A DNA stretch of 64,000 nucleotides from Takakia lepidozioides (Eukaryota > Plantae > Bryophyta): assembly GCA_030704615.1 (NCBI GenBank), contig CM060731.1, positions 59,210,001 to 59,274,000 on the forward strand, read 5' to 3'. Positions 62,301 to 64,000 of this stretch are shown here, piece after piece; the first letter of the stretch is position 1, and each line of letters begins with the position of its first letter. A program made the position numbers and the translations under genes. The notes beneath the pieces were generated by a model, which worked only from the letters and a program-made list of their open reading frames with translations, did not search any database and was not told the origin of the DNA.

Positions 62301-63318
62301 TGGAGGGAAGCAATCTTACCTTCTTTTGAAGGATGGAGCTGGCCCAAGAAAACCCTCTCTGACAAAGTCCACCATCTACAACGCAAAAGCACACACATAA
62401 AAGAAACAGATAAGGCCAAGAAGGCAGGTTCCTGTGTAAGCAAAAGTGCCTCTAAAACTTTAGATTATACTCATAAGACGTTGCCGTAGCCTTTGTGGCC
62501 ATTGACCCCGCGCTCCATATGAGCGGAACACCAAGGGACAGAAACTACCTTTGTCAGGGGCTGATGCCAGTGGTATGACTTACCTTGGAAAAGACAATTC
62601 ATCCGAGTTTTGCAGATATCCTCTAGAAATCCATTCACACGAGCATCGATCTGCTGCGTGTGGTTTGCCCAATAACTAGGCCCTGAAAGGGCCTGGGCTT
62701 TTGGCTCAGCCTTGAGACTTTCAAAGTTGGTAAACAGAGCTACACGCAGAATTCCCTTGATGGATTTGAAGAGGACATCTCTCTGGTGAGAGTACCCAGG
62801 ACAATGAATCAGAAAGTGAATATTGTCTTCAGGTTGCCCACACAACGGTGTTTGCAACCCCACTTTGCTCTCTGCTTCTGTTTGCTGTTCAAAGGTAGGC
62901 TTCCTGCCCTGAGTTTAAATTTCAGTCTAGTCCCGAGGGTGGGTAAACCCTTGAGGTCATCCACGATGGCCTCTCCCATGTCACAGACTGGGAACAAGTT
63001 CAGGGAAGTTTCCTGCCTAACTTCATTTTCATCAGACAATTTCGTGGCAACAGACATGGCTTCGGACACTACAGCTTCAGACTTATCCGGCAGGGTCAAG
63101 GCTTGCGGACTCTATCACTTTAGAATGTAAACACATCCATTATTGCAAAGGTACGGCACACTTACACAGTAGTATTCCATCAGATTGTTCTGCAGTGGTG
63201 ATCCAGTCAATGCAATTCGGCGCTTTGTTCTCACTTGCTTGAGTGACTGTGTGATATCAGCCTTTCGATTCTTAATCATGTGTGCCTCATCACACACAAG
63301 TAGATCTGGCCCTGGATG
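53351..63318 (-). CDS. ATRX: ATRX/CHR20 SNF2-family chromatin remodeller, last 10 coding exons (5' part lies beyond the window)
   Basis: Phase-consistent GT-AG exons 63318-63166, 62375-62320, 61217-60914, 60153-60012, 59265-59204, 58330-58092, 57481-57278, 54986-54908, 54457-54108 and 53645-53351. Motifs [110 protein letters not shown] and [20 protein letters not shown]. Confidence 0.96.
54499..54553 (-). mobile_element. Extremely 5'-truncated RTEX-like LINE 3' end in an ATRX intron
   Basis: Reverse complement of GGGGTCAATGGCCACAAGGCTACGGCAAACAACGTCTTATGAGTACAATCT, the same terminus as 56320-56370. Confidence 0.85.
55219..57245 (+). mobile_element. Head-to-tail stack of 5'-truncated RTEX-like LINE 3' ends filling an ATRX intron
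   Basis: Copies at ~55270-56380, 56381-56790 and 56885-57245, plus scraps at 55219-55250 and 56800-56850. RT-thumb motif [13 protein letters not shown] and CCHC knuckle [14 protein letters not shown]...[24 protein letters not shown]; the first two copies end [13 protein letters not shown]. Confidence 0.9.
62461..63110 (-). mobile_element. 5'-truncated RTEX-like LINE in an ATRX intron
   Basis: Same C-terminal sequence ([42 protein letters not shown]). Confidence 0.9.
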
Positions 63319-64000
63319 CTGCACTCTCACTTATTGGGCGTTAGGTTGCACAACTGTTCAGTTTGCAGAAAGACTACCATTGTAAATCAAGAGTTGATGC
63401 AATTGGGTCAATTTCAAGCAGGAGCAAGCTAGTGGTAAGAATACAGGTCACACGGTGTCTTTCAATGAGTGGGGTACGTTGAACACCTCAATGATAACCT
63501 TGCATGTACTCCTCTAATGTATATCAAATAGCCATGTAAGGTATCCATGGCATGCAGCTCTAGAACCCACAATGCAATTTTCACACGTCTTCAAATACAA
63601 GTATGGTCAATCCTGGCAACTTGCAGATAGGCTGGGTGAGGCGGTGTCAGGTAATAGAAATCTGCAGTCCCCACAGTTGACAGTTGTTCCAAATCAAATA
63701 AACTTGTGTGTCAGTGGGGTAATATGTGGGCATTCACCTGCAATGACACGCAAAGGCCTTCCCTCACAGACTTGTCCTTCACAGTTTTGCCCATGGATAG
63801 ATTGCGGAACGCAGTGTAGCCAATGAGCATGACCCCACCATGCACTTGCCATCTATTAAGGAGATCTGCTCGCTTTACATTGTCCCTGTCCCATAAAAAA
63901 ATATCAATTTTCCATCTTTGAAGGGCTTCTAGGCTATCCCAAGCATGATCACATTCATGACTCTGTGATGGACATCTACAAGGATTAGAACTGCCTGGCA

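Overview
Eukaryotic nuclear DNA from a land plant, most likely a non-seed plant such as a bryophyte (inferred from gene content, GT-AG introns, PLS/DYW PPR relics and the transposon mix; the species cannot be determined). Intact host genes: an intronless SAC51/SACL-family bHLH (+, 10923-12491) with a long uORF-rich leader, two tandem intron-containing tRNA-Tyr(GTA) genes (-), a 3-exon class II trehalose-6-phosphate synthase/phosphatase (+, 20704-23878) and the last 10 coding exons of ATRX/CHR20 (-, 53351-63318, continuing off the right edge). A PLS-class PPR ORF (-, 37145-38551) is truncated in its E domain. The rest is largely decayed transposons: an LTR-like end, SWIM and MULE transposase relics, an Ulp1-protease relic, hAT-like ends around a RING-H2 relic, a small Helitron, a 4-kb CACTA carrying PPR fragments, a piggyBac-like MITE, a tRNA-derived SINE family and many RTEX-like LINE pieces. 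Top candidate for something new: a 30-aa Cys/His-rich uORF (9691-9783) in the SACL leader that resembles the conserved-peptide uORF of the LONESOME HIGHWAY (LHW) family rather than the known SACL uORFs, and that lies inside a candidate 224-nt GT-AG intron. All homology calls come from motif recognition by eye and memory; no searches were run.
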